Assembly (NCBI RefSeq): GCF_006345805.1
Contig: NC_043003.1
Coordinates: 106,206,001 to 106,270,000 of the forward strand
Length of the DNA: 64,000 nt
Origin: Octopus sinensis
Lineage: Eukaryota
Reading direction: 5' to 3'
The notes under the pieces were generated by a model that made no database searches, was not told the origin of the DNA, and worked only from the letters and a program-made list of their open reading frames with translations. The translations under genes were made by a program, and so were the position numbers. Shown here piece by piece: positions 51,282 to 64,000 of the stretch (position 1 is the stretch's first letter; each line of letters opens with the position of its first letter).

Positions 51282-51912
51282 GACAGCAAGATGGCAGACT
51301 CATTAGCATATGTTGGGCAAAATGCTTAAGGGCATTTTCTGTTTTTGCATTTTATTTGAAATACTTCCAAGGTTGATTGCTTTGCATCCTTTCGTGATTC
51401 GATAAATTAAGTACCAGTCAAGTACTGGGGTCGATGTAATCAACTTAACCCCTCCCCCAAAATTTCAGGCCTTGTGCCTATAGTAGAAGTTATTATTATT
51501 AACCTAGTCTCTGAAATAACAGTTGAACTAAATATCTTGCACTATTTTGTTTTATCTCATCACATTTTGGGTTCAAATACTGCAGAGTTTCAGTTTACCT
51601 TTCATTCTCCCAGGGTCAATAACATATTTAGCCATGAAGCGGTGGATTGATTTCACTGACCATTAACTCCCAACCCCGCCCCATTCTTTCCCCAATCCTG
51701 CTTGCACTAGATGTGTGCTAATGTACAAAACCATTGCCATTTATAATCAAAGAAGATTAGTTCTCTTCTGACTCATCCCTCTTCTTCTGGGTAATTTTCC
51801 ACTCAATGAACCAACTGCTTCTTTTGCATGAAAACACTTATGTAATCCAACAGCATGGTCACTCAACCTGCTAGAAATAGCAAACAAATTTCTCTTAAGT
51901 CATACCCTACCT

Positions 51913-52073
51913 ATAAATCAATTTGCAGTAAACATTTGTGAAGAAATAGTAGCAGGAGTTTTATTGTGGTTTTGTTTTGATTTTAATTATTTCATCTCGA
52001 AATAAACTGACAGAAGATAATTAACAAAGTAGCTGACACTATGAGATATCCCTACCATACATACTATACACAA
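51913..52073 (+). repeat. 161-bp direct duplication, copy 1
   Basis: Matches 57307-57467 with 4 substitutions by manual alignment. Confidence 0.9.
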
Positions 52074-52184
52074 AAGGGAAGGCATAGTGCTGACCTAGAG
52101 TTAAACAACATCAAAGAAAATAGGCAATTATCCTATTAGAGCCAACTGAATTTCCTTAACAGAAACATTAATTTTCTATTTTTT

Positions 52185-52685
52185 AACATCTATTTTCCAT
52201 GCTGGCATGGGTTCGATGGTTTGACTGAGGTCTGGAAAGCCAGCAGCTGCACCAGGCTCCAGTCTGATTTGGCAATGTTTCTACAGTTGGGTGCCCTTCC
52301 TAATGCCAACCACTCCTAGAGTGTAGTGAGTGCTTTTTATGTGCCACTGGCACAGGAGCCAGTCTGGTGGCACTGGCATTAATCACATTTGGATAGTGCT
52401 TTTTACATGCCACTGGGACGGGAGCCAGTCAGGGAGCACAGGTATTGGCCACATTTGGATAGTGCATTTTATGTGCCACCAGAATGGGAGCCAGTCAGGT
52501 GGCCCTGGCATCGATCTCATTCAGATAGTGCATTTTAGGTGCCACCGAAGCAGGAGCCAGTCAGGAAGCACTGGGCACAGCTACGATTTTGATTTTACTT
52601 GACTCAACAGGTCTTCTCAAGCATATATCGCCCGACACATCAAAGGTACTTTTAAATGGGCCAGAAATGCAACACTGGCATCGGC
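52185..52685 (-). mobile_element. RTE 3'-UTR copy with 4-5 tandem units
   Basis: Same core and units; abuts the SINE-A at 52694. Confidence 0.8.
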
Positions 52686-52693
52686 ATATATAT

Positions 52694-53168
52694 ACTCTTT
52701 ACTCTTTTACTTGTTTCAGTCATTTGACTGTGGCCATGCTGGAGCACCGCCTTTAATCGAGCAACTCGACCTCGGGACTTATTCTTTTGTAAGCCCAGTA
52801 CTTATTCTATCGGTCTCTTTTGCCGAACCGCTAAGTAACGGGGACATAAACACACCAGCATCGGTTGTCAAGCAATGCTAGGGGGACAAACACAGACACA
52901 CAAACACACGCACACATACATATATACATATATATACATATTTACGATGGGCTTCTTTCAGTTTCTGTCTACCAAATCCACTCACAAGGCTTTGGTCGGC
53001 CCGAGGCTATAGTAGAAGACACTTGCCCAAGGTACCATGCAATGGGACTGAACCCGGAACCATGTGGTTGGTAAAGAAGCTACTTACCACACAGCCACTC
53101 CTAGTGGGACTGAACCCAGAACCATGTGGTTGGTAAACAAGCTACTTACCACACAGCCACTCCTGCAC
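52694..53168 (-). mobile_element. SINE family A with tandemly duplicated tRNA head
   Basis: Segment of about 60 bp repeated at 53044-53101 and 53104-53168. Confidence 0.88.
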
Positions 53169-53442
53169 CTATATATATTAAACACTGTCTCCTCAAGTCC
53201 TAGGTATCTTGGTTTTCATCTTGCATAAGTGCTGAGATCATAACATTCCTCTTGACTGGCAAGTCAGTCCATTGTAGAATTATTCATTTACAATGTGAAA
53301 TAAAGTGTTTTGTCCAAGTACATAACACACCACTTGGTTGAGGAATTGAAACCACAATCTTACACCCTAGCCAATAGGTCATGGGCCTTTGTTATTTATT
53401 TTGCAAAACAATTGATTAAGAATTTTCTATGCTGTCACTTAA

Positions 53443-53658
53443 CCTCTTAGCATGTGAATAGCTCCAACTAACCCAAATACTTTATTCATTTTATGTTCAA
53501 AGCAGCCAGATCTGATCTTTCACACCTACCCTCTATTGCCATTCTAAAAGTACAACAAACACATTATTGAACTCTCAAAGCTGTGAGATGAAGCATGATT
53601 AATTGAGATAATTGTGAATAAGTTTTACATTTGACAGAAAACTCTGGATGCATAAGGG
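53443..53658. mobile_element. TTAA-flanked MITE, second family (related copies at about 3894-4095 and 24442-24601)
   Basis: TTAA|cctcttagcat ... atgcataaggg|TTAA. Confidence 0.6.
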
Positions 53659-54059
53659 TTAACCTATTTGAGAGAACGACCAAATTTCCTTCAGGTTTCA
53701 CTCTGCCATCATAAAGACAGATGACTAAACGAAATAACTGAGTCGTAGAATGCGATACGGCTGACTGGGCAATGAGGTTTCAATTAAACTTATGACAAAG
53801 ATTTATTCAGTCATCTCAACCACTGGCTCACAGATGTTTGCTTCGTCTCTGCCATTTCTTTCACACTTCCACCTCTGTTCTTTTAAACCAGTTTCTCTAT
53901 GCCCACTCCACCAATGTCCCACTGGACACCCTACTATCCACTCCCCAACCATCTCTCTCAAATGTCTTCTTTAGCTGGTATGAGCAGATTCACATCAAAG
54001 AGTATAATTACCTACTAGACTGCTATCCAGGTAATACCATCAATTGAGGAAGGGATACC

Positions 54060-54292
54060 TATTTCTTTACTACCCACAAGGGGCTAAACACAAAGAGGAC
54101 AAACAAGGACAGACACATGGATTAAGTCGATTATATCAACCCCAGTGCGTAACTGGTACTTAATTTATCGACCCCGAAAGGATGAAAGGAAAAGTCGACC
54201 TCGGAGGAATTTGAACTCAGAACGTAACAGCAGACGAAATACCGCTAAGCATTTCGCCCGGCATGCTAACGTTTCTGCCAGCTCGCCGCCTT
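54060..54292 (-). mobile_element. SINE family C with 14-bp TSD
   Basis: gaggaagggatacc at 54046-54059 and 54300-54313. Confidence 0.9.
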
Positions 54293-55765
54293 ATCACTAG
54301 AGGAAGGGATACCAAAACAAACATTGCATATCAATATCCAAGTTTTGCTGCACCACAGGGAACCTCATGGCAGAGACTCCTCCTCAATGCATTCCAGGAG
54401 AACATTTATATCCTCTCCCACTTCCTGTCCTTCACTGTTAAAAATGTCTGGCAAGGGAGATAACACCCCATCGTTAAAAGAAAAGAAAAACCTGTAGAGC
54501 GTTCCAGAACATCACACTCTCATTCCATGAATCCTTCGTGAAAGATCTTCAAATCCATCAACCCTTCCAAATCTGTTCCCCCTTGGGACTCTTTTGTAGC
54601 AGAGACCAACTTAGAGATGTTTGCAAGCTGAACATCAATCTTGTCGATTTCATTGGGAAGCAGAAATTTGCAGACATCACGGAATGCCAAGCTTAGGCAT
54701 TGTTCTTAGGGCTGAATGATCTTCCTGATACCAACTACTTTTCCGTGTGGACTGAGTGCTTTTTTCATGGCACTGACACTAGTAAGATTAGCAAGTAACT
54801 TGCAAGATGGGAGAAGAACAGGAAAAGCCCCCTCAACTGAGTGAGGGAGGTGGTTTCATGCCAGGTGTTGAGAGACAAAAGTATGGCAGAGTAAAGAGCA
54901 CAGGCAATAATATGATCGTCCAAGACCACAACACTATAAACAAGTTTCCTATTGTAAACACAGAAGAAAATTCAGCCAAGAGTGGTTCTAACAGACATCT
55001 ATTTACGCTATCTGGAAGAAAGATCTGCCAATAGCAAACAACACAGCAGCTGTTGTATTCATTTTTATAATGTAAGTTTGCAATTCACTGATAAATACGT
55101 ATTATATATATATATAACCTCACCGATAAAGCTGAAAAGAAAAACCGTTTTGTGCATCTGTAGATGGCATTTTATCTACAAGTCTTATTTAAAACATTCT
55201 ATAAAGAACAAAAAGAAATTATTATCCCTAGAGACAGGAGATTAATCTTTCTTTGCTTTAAAAAAGGATTATTATAATCTTAATCTTTATTTTTCAAGGT
55301 GTATATTTTTGAAAAAGTGAAACAGACATGCTGTATATAGGACATGGGAATGTGTAAATACGCACACACCTGCACACAGCTTATACGCGCTTGCATTTGT
55401 GTATAATGAGTATATACATGTGTGCGTGTGTGTGTGTGTGTGTGAGAGATTTTTTTTCTTATTTCTTAATTATCCTTTTATGGAGAAAGTAAATGAGCAG
55501 TTTTGGTGACCATGTACAACCAAATGTACTTAAAGATTAGAACAGCTTGCTCCTACCCAACTGATCAGAGAGAGCTTAAAGCCATTTGAGTTTGTAGGAT
55601 GATAGCAATAGGAAAATAACATTTTGGGTATTTTCAATACTATTCATCTAAACCTTGCTTCCTCCAATTTTGTTCTCTTTACCATTCCATCTTAATTTAA
55701 AAGCTTTCTCCTTCCAACTATTTTGCTTTAAACCTCTGAATAGTCATCTTTAAAATTATACATAC

Positions 55766-56058
55766 GTGGAGATACATGGCCTAGTGGTTAGCGCAGCGGA
55801 CTCGCAGTTGAGGGTTCGAATCTCAGACCGGGGTGATGTGTGTGTTTATGAGTGAAACATCTAAGCTCCATGCGGCTCCGGCGGAAGGTAATGGCGAACC
55901 TCTGCTGACTCTTTCACTACAACTTTCTCTCACTCTTACTTCCTGCATTTCACAGCTCACCTGCGACGGACCAGCATCCCATCCAGTTGGGGAACCTATA
56001 CACCAAGGAAACCGGGAAACTGGCCCTTATGAGCCAGGCATGGCTCGAGAAGGAACAA

Positions 56059-56060
<2 letters not shown>
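55766..56060 (+). mobile_element. SINE family D, third tail variant
   Basis: Same head and centre; gacggaccagcatcccatccag..gaaaccggg tail. Confidence 0.8.
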
Positions 56061-56103
<43 letters not shown>

Positions 56104-56255
56104 AGCAGACACGGTTGTGCTGTTTGCTTCCGAATCACATGGTCCCAGGTTCAGTCCCACTGCATGGCACCTTGGGCAAAGGATTTCTAGTATTGCCTCA
56201 GGCTGACCAAAACCTTGTAAGCCAATCTGGGAGACAGAAACTGAAAGAAGCCAAC

Positions 56256-56290
<35 letters not shown>

Positions 56291-57306
56291 ATGTGTGTCC
56301 CTCACCACCGCTTGACAACCAGCATTTGTATGTTTATATTCCTGCAGCTTAACAGTTTGGCAAAAGGAACTGATAGAATAAGTAGTTGGAATTTACAAAA
56401 GAAAACCAACAAAACAAAACAAAAGATGATGACGGGTGTGTAAACAACAAACAGATGTATTAGTTTAACACTCAGGAAGTGAGAAAGTCTTTTATGTTTC
56501 GAGCCTATGCTCGTCAACAGAAAGGAACATGATAGAATAAGTACCAGGTTTTAAAATAAAAAAAACAGTACTGGGGTCAAATCATTCAACTAAAATTCTT
56601 CAAGATAAGAAATGAGTTACATTAAATGATAGAGAGTGGGGAGGTAAATTAGAAAACTCCAATTTCAAGAAGTGTAGAATCTCAGATAAAATTTAAAAAA
56701 AAAAAACAACATGAAAATATAAGAATTTGCAGACCTATCCCAATATGTGACTTCACTGGAACAGAACAAAAATATACATTGGAACGGTGTAGCGTCTAAG
56801 AAAATATATTGAATAGGTGTTGTAGTAATTGGAATGAACTTATGAAAAGTATATGAAATTTATAGGAGAAAAATGTTGAAGTTCATCGTTTAAAAAATGC
56901 CAAAATCAACGTAGCATTTTCTTTATTGCTTTTGGTTTCCCAAATGTTCTTTTAATACCAAAGTCAATATAAAGAACTTTGCATTAATTTATGACTATTT
57001 CAGCAGGTTTTAAATATTTTATGACAGCACATACAAAATGTCAACAACCATTTTTTTTTCTCTTTATTTCATTAAATGGAAATAATGGCCAGAGAATCAG
57101 TTAAAGAAAAATAGCTTGTATTTACTAATATTTCTTTATGATTCTGTTAACTTTGAAGATGAGAAAACAACTAATATTTTAGCTCATTATTTCTACCATA
57201 TGAAGACATTTAGTAAATTGTCTTTATGCCCACAGTATACCTACAGATTAAGTAACAGGGGGGAAATATTTAATATATCAGGAAACAATATTTTCTGCAG
57301 AAGACC

Positions 57307-57467
57307 ATAAATCAATTTGCAGTAAACATTTGTGAAGAAATACTAGCAGGAGTTTTATTGTGGCTTTGTTTTGTTTTTAATTATTTCATCTCAAAATAAA
57401 CTGACAGAAGATAATTAACAAAGTAGCTGACACTATGAGATATCCCTACCATACATACTATACACAA
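57307..57467 (+). repeat. 161-bp direct duplication, copy 2
   Basis: See 51913-52073. Confidence 0.9.
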
Positions 57468-57689
57468 TATAGGCATGGGTGTGTGGTTAAGAAGCTTGCT
57501 TCTCAACCACATGGTCTTGGGTTCAGTCCCACTGTGTGCCACCTTGGGCAGGTGTCTTCTACTATATCTCCAATTATTATTGGTACAAGCAATTGTCTGT
57601 AGCTATCTGCTTTCTCTTTGATTTTCAAAGAGATGCTCGCATCAGCAGGGCAGCTGACCTCTACAAAAGTAAGTACCTTTTTTTGCCTC

Positions 57690-58600
57690 TGTCTTAAACA
57701 ACAATATCCAATCTGTTATGTTTGCACTTGTAGAAGTTTTGATGGGAATATTCCACCAATATTCCTTCTCTTAATGCTTATGTAGGTCTTCAGTAAGAGG
57801 AGGAATCTCTCTACTTATTCAAAGTCACTTTTTCTGATAGCATTGTATATTGTTAAGCAACAACATTGTGCTACACTTTGAGCAGCTGGTGACCACATGT
57901 GTGATGATGTCTTCCACAGAAAGTGGCTTACTTGACATTTTCAGGTAAAGCTTGGGGTTCAAATGGGTTTGGCTTATCTTTCTTTGTTCAGTAGAAATTT
58001 GGTAGCAATCTCCTATTCTTGGATTGCAAACACACAGCCTTTGGAAGTGCGATGTGGCAGTCATGAATCTAAGAAAGGCTGAACAACCTCATGCCCATAT
58101 TAGTATCCTCCTCGGATCTTTGGAAAACATACCCATGCACGGTTTTTGAGGTAATTTAGTTCAAGAATATAGGTATAAGCACAATCAGAAGCATTTGGAC
58201 AAAATCAGTCAAGAGCAGTGCCACAAGAGATATGGTAATTACTAGAAACAGAGAGACTCAACATAAGTGCAAATGAGAGAACCATCAGAAACAATATGCC
58301 ACCAGCACAACAACCTCATTGCTAGACCTTCAACAATAATACAGGTGGGGATTGGGGGGGGGCACAATGAAATCAGCAGCAGCCCCGCCAAATAGAACAA
58401 CAGTATTTGTAGCATCTTCCCATCAGAACAATTTGTTCCTTGCCAGTTCCTAAACTGAAGCAGATCTGATGCCAAACATTAAATTCAATAATAGAGGGAA
58501 ATAATTGTTGTTGACAAAGATCCGGAGATATTGTATTCACCTCAATAGTCGTCATTGATTGGTTGAAATTGCCGAAATGCAAGAAATTCAACAGCAAATA
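57690..58600 (-). mobile_element. Degenerate R4/NeSL-like LINE (post-RT and zinc-knuckle region)
   Basis: FAIQE*EIATK and EDIITHVVTSCSK resemble the conserved AIQDQ and HIxSxCxxL motifs; many stops. Confidence 0.55.
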
Positions 58601-58694
58601 GCTTACAAACTACAGAATTTTCTCAAGAAAGCCAAGAGAAAAAGATGTTTATAAACACATTCTACCAGTATACGAAGTTTAAAAGTGTTTAGTT

Positions 58695-58900
58695 ACTCTT
58701 TTACTTGTTTCAGTCATTTGACTGCGGCCATGCTGGAGCACCGCCTTTAGTCAAGCAAATCGACCCCAGGACTTATTCTTTGTAAGCCCAGTACTTATTC
58801 TATCGATCTCTTCTGCCGAACCGCTAAGTGATGGGGACGTAAACACACAAGCATCAGTTGTCAAGCAATGCTAGGGGGACAAATACAGATACACAAACAC

Positions 58901-58931
<31 letters not shown>

Positions 58932-59095
58932 GACAAGCTTCTTTCATGTTTCCGTCTACCAAATCCACTCACAAGGCATTGGTCGGCCCGGGGCTATAGC
59001 AGAAGACACTTGCCCAAGATGCCACGCAGTGGGACTGAACCCAGAACCATGTGGTTGGTTAGCAAGCTACTTACCACACAGCCACTCCTGCGCCT
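58695..59095 (-). mobile_element. SINE family A, full length, young
   Basis: Near consensus. Confidence 0.9.
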
Positions 59096-59457
59096 AAAGA
59101 AATTATTTTAAAAATCTGCCGATCAAAGTGAAAAGATCCTAATAGAGATCTGTAGCAGTGGGCCACTTTCAACTGTTGGTGGTGCATCTTCTGCTAGAAT
59201 TGCAAAGCAATATAGACAACATGCATTCAGTGCAGCACCTGACTGCAGTCATTTCATTTCATCAGCAGCAGAAAGAGAAGGAAATGAACAGACGCTGCTG
59301 TTGTCCATCACTTATACAACACAGACAAATCAATTTGCAATCAATATTAAATATAAAATCAAATGGATTCACACATGCACATAGTTATGTGTTAACTTGT
59401 AACGAAAGAATGTAAATTACTCCTTTCCTGAAAAAAAAAAAAAAACCCAAGTCACAT

Positions 59458-59623
59458 AGGCGCAGGAGTGGCTGTGTGGTAAGTAGCTTGCTAACCAACC
59501 ACATGGTTCCGGGTTCAGACCCACTGCATGGCATCTTGGGCAAGTGTCTCCTGCTATAGCCCCAGGCCGACCAATGCCTTGAGAGTGGATTTGGTAGACG
59601 GAAACTGAAAGAAGCCTGTCGTA

Positions 59624-59681
<58 letters not shown>

Positions 59682-59873
59682 TGTGTGTGTTTGCCCCCTA
59701 GCATTGCTTGACAACCGATGCTGGTGTGTTTACGTCCCCATCATTTAGCGGTTCGGCAAAAGAGACTGATAGAATAAGTACTGGGCTTACAAAGAATAAG
59801 TCCTGGGGTCGATTTGCTCGACTAAAGGTGGTGCTCCAGCATGGCCGCAGTCAAATGACTGAAACAAGTAAAA
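59458..59873 (+). mobile_element. SINE family A, full length, young
   Basis: Near consensus; inverted relative to 58695-59095. Confidence 0.9.
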
Positions 59874-60062
59874 TAGTATAGCTGTAGGTCAGCTCTGGCT
59901 GAGCAGGCCAATGATCAAACACATCCCAGTCTTATCTCAGTCACAGGGTAGAGAGGACATTATCCAATATGCAAGATTTTCCAGCTGTTCCCACAAGAGC
60001 ACATATTGTAATTTGAGAAAAATTTGACTGCTATTTCAAGTGGGTTGAGCAACCATGTAGAG

Positions 60063-60315
60063 CAGTAGCTCTCAACCCTTTTGTTCACTAAGGACCCTTT
60101 TGATTTCTATTCTACTTTGCTGGATCCCTATAGCCATTCTACGTTTAAAAAGTCCAATTGCATTTTTGTAATTGATTATTATTAGGAACTGTATGAAAAA
60201 ATTGTGAAAATATTTCGTATAATGCAGAAGTACAACTGATGTATTGTACATGAAGTTTAACAAGAAAATCTTATATTGACCCCTAAGGGTCATGTGGACT
60301 AGTTGAGAACCACCG
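60063..60315. mobile_element. hAT/Charlie-type MITE
   Basis: cagtagctctcaa ... ttgagaaccaccg; TSD atgtagag and atctagag. Confidence 0.8.
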
Positions 60316-60898
60316 ATCTAGAGGCATCCCTGTTAGACCTAAAACTGTTCATGTTTAGGCTCCAGTTTCATGGTGGTTTTTGTGAATGGGAGTTGAATGT
60401 TCCCTGGATAAACACCTGTATGTTGTAACCGACATTCAAAAATGATCTAAAAATGATAATCTGTAATCTAAGAGTGATGACGCAAGTTTAGGTAATTCCG
60501 AAACCAAAAACAACACATTCTGCAGAGGTCATTTTTCTTCTACCGAAATGGTAAAGTATGAGTTAAGATATATGTATGTAAGGAAAGAGCAGTTGTTTTG
60601 TATGAAATTAGGATTTGTGATAACTGAAAGCACAAATGTAATGCGTTCGGCTGGGGTGAGTGTAACAAAAATATCATTGATATGACTAATGTAACTGGGG
60701 GTTACATACTCTGTTGCAGGGGTTTCTTTTTTCTCTTTCTTATCATTTAGAACGTTTCTAATATATAGTCTATTGTAAATATTTTTAGCTTCTAAAACCT
60801 CACAGTAAATACATGACCTGGATAGAATGCCAGCCTCCCATATTTAACCTTTACAAACCATTTGGTAACTATTCTTCATTGTAAAATAAACTGATGCA

Positions 60899-61302
60899 AT
60901 CATCATCATCATCATTTACTGTCCACTTTTCCATGCTTGAACGGATTGGATGAAATTTGTTGAAGCAGATTTTCTACAGCTGGATGCCTTTCCTGTTGCA
61001 AACTCTCACCTGTTTCAAAGTAAGGTAATATTTCCCCATAGCTAGACACATTTTTCAAAGAAGACTGGAAAGGAACAGACTTGCTTTTGATAATGGTGAT
61101 TCTTGTTTACAACCATGTTGTCAAAACAAGGATCACACACACACACACGATTGGGCTTCTTTCAGCTTCCACCATCAGATCCACTCACAAGGCTTTGGTT
61201 GGCCTAGAGCTATCGTAAAAGACACTTGCCCAAGATACCATGCAGTGGGACTGGTATCATATGGTTGGGAACTGAGCCTCTCAACCACCCAGCCATACCT
61301 GC
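60899..61302 (-). mobile_element. SINE family E
   Basis: (CAT)n tail at left, A-type head at right. Confidence 0.78.
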
Positions 61303-61446
61303 ACGATAAAAAAAAAAGGGGGCTCAATCCAGAACCACAACAAACTGCCAGAAGATCTCCTTATTTTCTCCTGTCAACTACGACCATACTGAAGCATTAC
61401 CATTTTGCATTTCTGAATATGAGTATTGTTAAAATAAGTGAATATA

Positions 61447-61843
61447 CTCTTTACTCTTACTCTTTTACTTGTTTCAGTCATTTGACTGCGGCCATGCTGG
61501 AGCACCGCCTTTAGTCGAGCAACTCGACCCCAGGACTTATTCTTTGTAAGCCCAGTACTTATTCTATCGGTCTCTTTTGCCGAACGGCTAAGTAACGGGG
61601 ACGTAAACACACCAGCATCGGTTGTCAAGCAATGCTAGAGGGACAAACACAGACACACAAACATATACATACATATATACGGCAGGCTTCTTTCAGTTTC
61701 CGTCTACCAAATCCACTCACAAGGCATTGGTCGGCCCGAGGCTATAGCAGAAGACATTTGCCCAAGATGCCACGCAGTGGGACTGAATCCAGAACCATGT
61801 GGTTGGTAGGCAAGCTACTTACCACACAGCCACTCCTGCGCCT
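61447..61843 (-). mobile_element. SINE family A, full length
   Basis: Near consensus. Older copies also at about 13165, 16080, 33920, 38435, 43385, 49330, 56105, 57470 and 63115. Confidence 0.9.
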
Positions 61844-62015
61844 ATGTGTAGTTCTTTTCCATCAATACTCAGAGTTTCCTCATTTCCACTCTTAACAGCA
61901 ACAAATGGAATGCGGGTAAAGAATGGAAATGCTGAAGCTCAAAAGAATGGAACTAAAGCCTCAATTTTTAAAAAATGGGTACATTTTACATCTAATGAGC
62001 ATTGTTTTTTTTATA

Positions 62016-62048
<33 letters not shown>

Positions 62049-62880
62049 CTGTGTATATATATATATGTATATATATATACATATACATACATGCACAAGC
62101 AATATCTAGAGGGGAATTAAAGTCATACACAGATAAATATGTGTTTCTTTTTTGTTAATTTTAAATCAACGTTTGTACTGTGCCACAATATAGAACTTGT
62201 TAAGAATTATAGTACGAGTGTCAAGGACTAATTGAGGAAAATGTGTCAACTTAGAATGAATTAAATGGATTTTCTCGGCTTCAAGTAAATGACTCATCTA
62301 CAATAACTGGGGAGAGTCATTTTAAAGTTTTAGTGGGGCATAAAAATATAACAGCACTTGTCTGAATATATTGCTTTAATTCATACAACAACATATACAC
62401 AATCATGGGAACACAGACAAAATGTGGATAAGAGTAGATGACACTGAAAGACCGGCATTGTTGTTTCTAACCATTGCAAGGCCACAAATTTGAAGGAAGA
62501 GAAAGACTGATCAACTATTGTACTTGCATTTTTAGCTTCTATTTATTTATTTATTTATTTATTTCTGGCAAGTGGTTTCTAGGGAGCACGATTGTCAAAA
62601 ATCCCAAAATGGGATGTCAACCTGTTGCTTGGTTCAAGGCCAAAAACCTTGATGGGGGCGGGGGGGGGGAGAAAATCAATTACCTCAAATCAAATACTCG
62701 ACTGCTTCTTTATTTCAACAACCCTGAAGAGACGAGAGACAAAGTCGACCTCAATTGGGTTTGAATGAAAAGAAGGAATAAAAATTAAAAAAATGCCACT
62801 AAGCATTATGTTTGGCATGCTACTTATTCTTCCAGCTCACTGCCTTGTAATTGATGGGTGTTTAATTGTGAGTGGTTATA

Positions 62881-63120
62881 TACGAGGATGAGTCAAAAAG
62901 TAATGCCATTTTGTTTAGGACAGGTATAATTACCAACGCAAGAACATGTATCAGGAACATGTATCATACATCAAAACGAAGCTGGTCCTTTGTGGATCAC
63001 ATCCCTACTTCTCCACATAGTCACCGTTCTCTCAATAGCAATGTTCCACCTTCAAATGAAAGCATGTATCCCAGCCCTGTAAAATTCTGTTGACTGTTCT
63101 TTGAGCCTCTTCTTCACTGG
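62881..63120 (-). mobile_element. Mariner transposon 3' remnant with TIR
   Basis: TA|TACGAGGATGAGTCAAAAAG terminus; reverse frame KEQSTEFYRAGIHAFI*RWNIAIER-GDYVEK*. Confidence 0.85.
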
Positions 63121-63884
63121 GTTCTGGGTTCAGTCTCACTGCATGACACCTTGGGCAAGTGTCTGCTACTAAATCCACTGGTTGACCAATACCGCGCATG
63201 TGTGTCTATGCATGTATGTGTGTGTGTGTTTCTTCCACAGCTTAACAACAAGTGTTGGTTTGTTTACTTCCTTCTAACTTAGTAGTTCAGCAAAAGAAAC
63301 TGATAAAGTACTGAACTGAAAAACTAAAAATATGTCCTGGGATCAATTTGTTCAACTAAACCTAAACCATTTTAAGTCTGTGCTCCAGCATGGCCACAGT
63401 CTAATGATTGAAACAAGTAAAAGATGAAATATATAGGAAGTAGACTGGGGCCATCTTTAATGTGAATATCAAAGTTTTAAGAGAAATTTCAGGAATGTTC
63501 TTGTTTTGAATTTTTAAAAATGGTGATATTGAAAGAATTGCCAAAAGACCTGACTAATGTGTGCCATCTTGTGCTTACTTCAGATTCCGTTGGTGCTGCT
63601 GTGTCCTGTGTCACATATACAACCAACTGATCCACATATAAATAAACAGACAGTAACTGTCTCCCCACCCCCCGGGGGGGGACCCGACAATAAACTGATA
63701 TCAATGATTGGTTAGCTTATATCCTAAATAACCTCTCCTCCTCCTCCTCGATGGAGAGGTTAGAGAGGTTAGAGAGGTTAAGGGAGAGAATTATAAGCAA
63801 GATATGGTGAAATGTCAAAGGGGAGATGGTGCTGGTGGTGGGGAGAGTAACTGCCAAAGTGAAAACAAAACAGGTGAAAGCAAA

Positions 63885-64000
63885 GGAAGAGAGAAAGAGA
63901 GAGAAGTAAATATAAATGAGAGAGAGAGAGAGAGAGAGAGAAGGGGGGAGAAAAATAGAAGAGAAGGAGATAGAGAAAGAGAGAAAGGACAGAGAAAGAG
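63885..64000. repeat. GA-rich low-complexity tract
   Basis: Seen directly. Confidence 0.9.

Noticed and set aside
60526-60550. Plus-strand mini-exon RSFFFYRNG resembling a doublecortin domain start
   Set aside because: Only 25 nt, weak acceptor tract, and no further DCX exon found downstream.
63661-63800. C/G-run palindrome and 9-mer repeat (agaggttag)x3
   Set aside because: Short, single occurrence within low-complexity sequence; no supportable function.

Overview
AT-rich, repeat-saturated animal genomic DNA; the SINE/LINE families resemble those of octopus (inference from memory of those families, not a search). One protein-coding gene is supported: a minus-strand SNX9/18/33-family sorting nexin (SH3PX1/lst-4 ortholog). 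I reconstructed seven phase-compatible GT-AG exons (35405-35491, 28566-28640, 23722-23955, 19893-20005, 9125-9215, 3579-3701, 1421-1535) encoding SH3, an acidic low-complexity region and most of the PX domain. The BAR exons lie beyond the left edge and the ATG exon was not securely found. The rest is tRNA-derived SINEs (four families, here called A, C, D, E), an RTE LINE with many 5'-truncated copies, R4/Dong-like and CR1 fragments, mariner remnants, non-autonomous Helitrons, hAT and piggyBac-type MITEs, and microsatellites. Nearly all ORF-track entries are repeat artefacts. Best leads: a 150-nt frame-preserving candidate cassette exon just upstream of the PX domain, a PHD-type finger inside the RTE reverse transcriptase, a hairpin-unit tandem array in the RTE 3' UTR, close inverted SINE pairs (possible ADAR substrates), SINE tail swapping and two unexplained local duplications. 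Repeat boundaries are read by eye and approximate.
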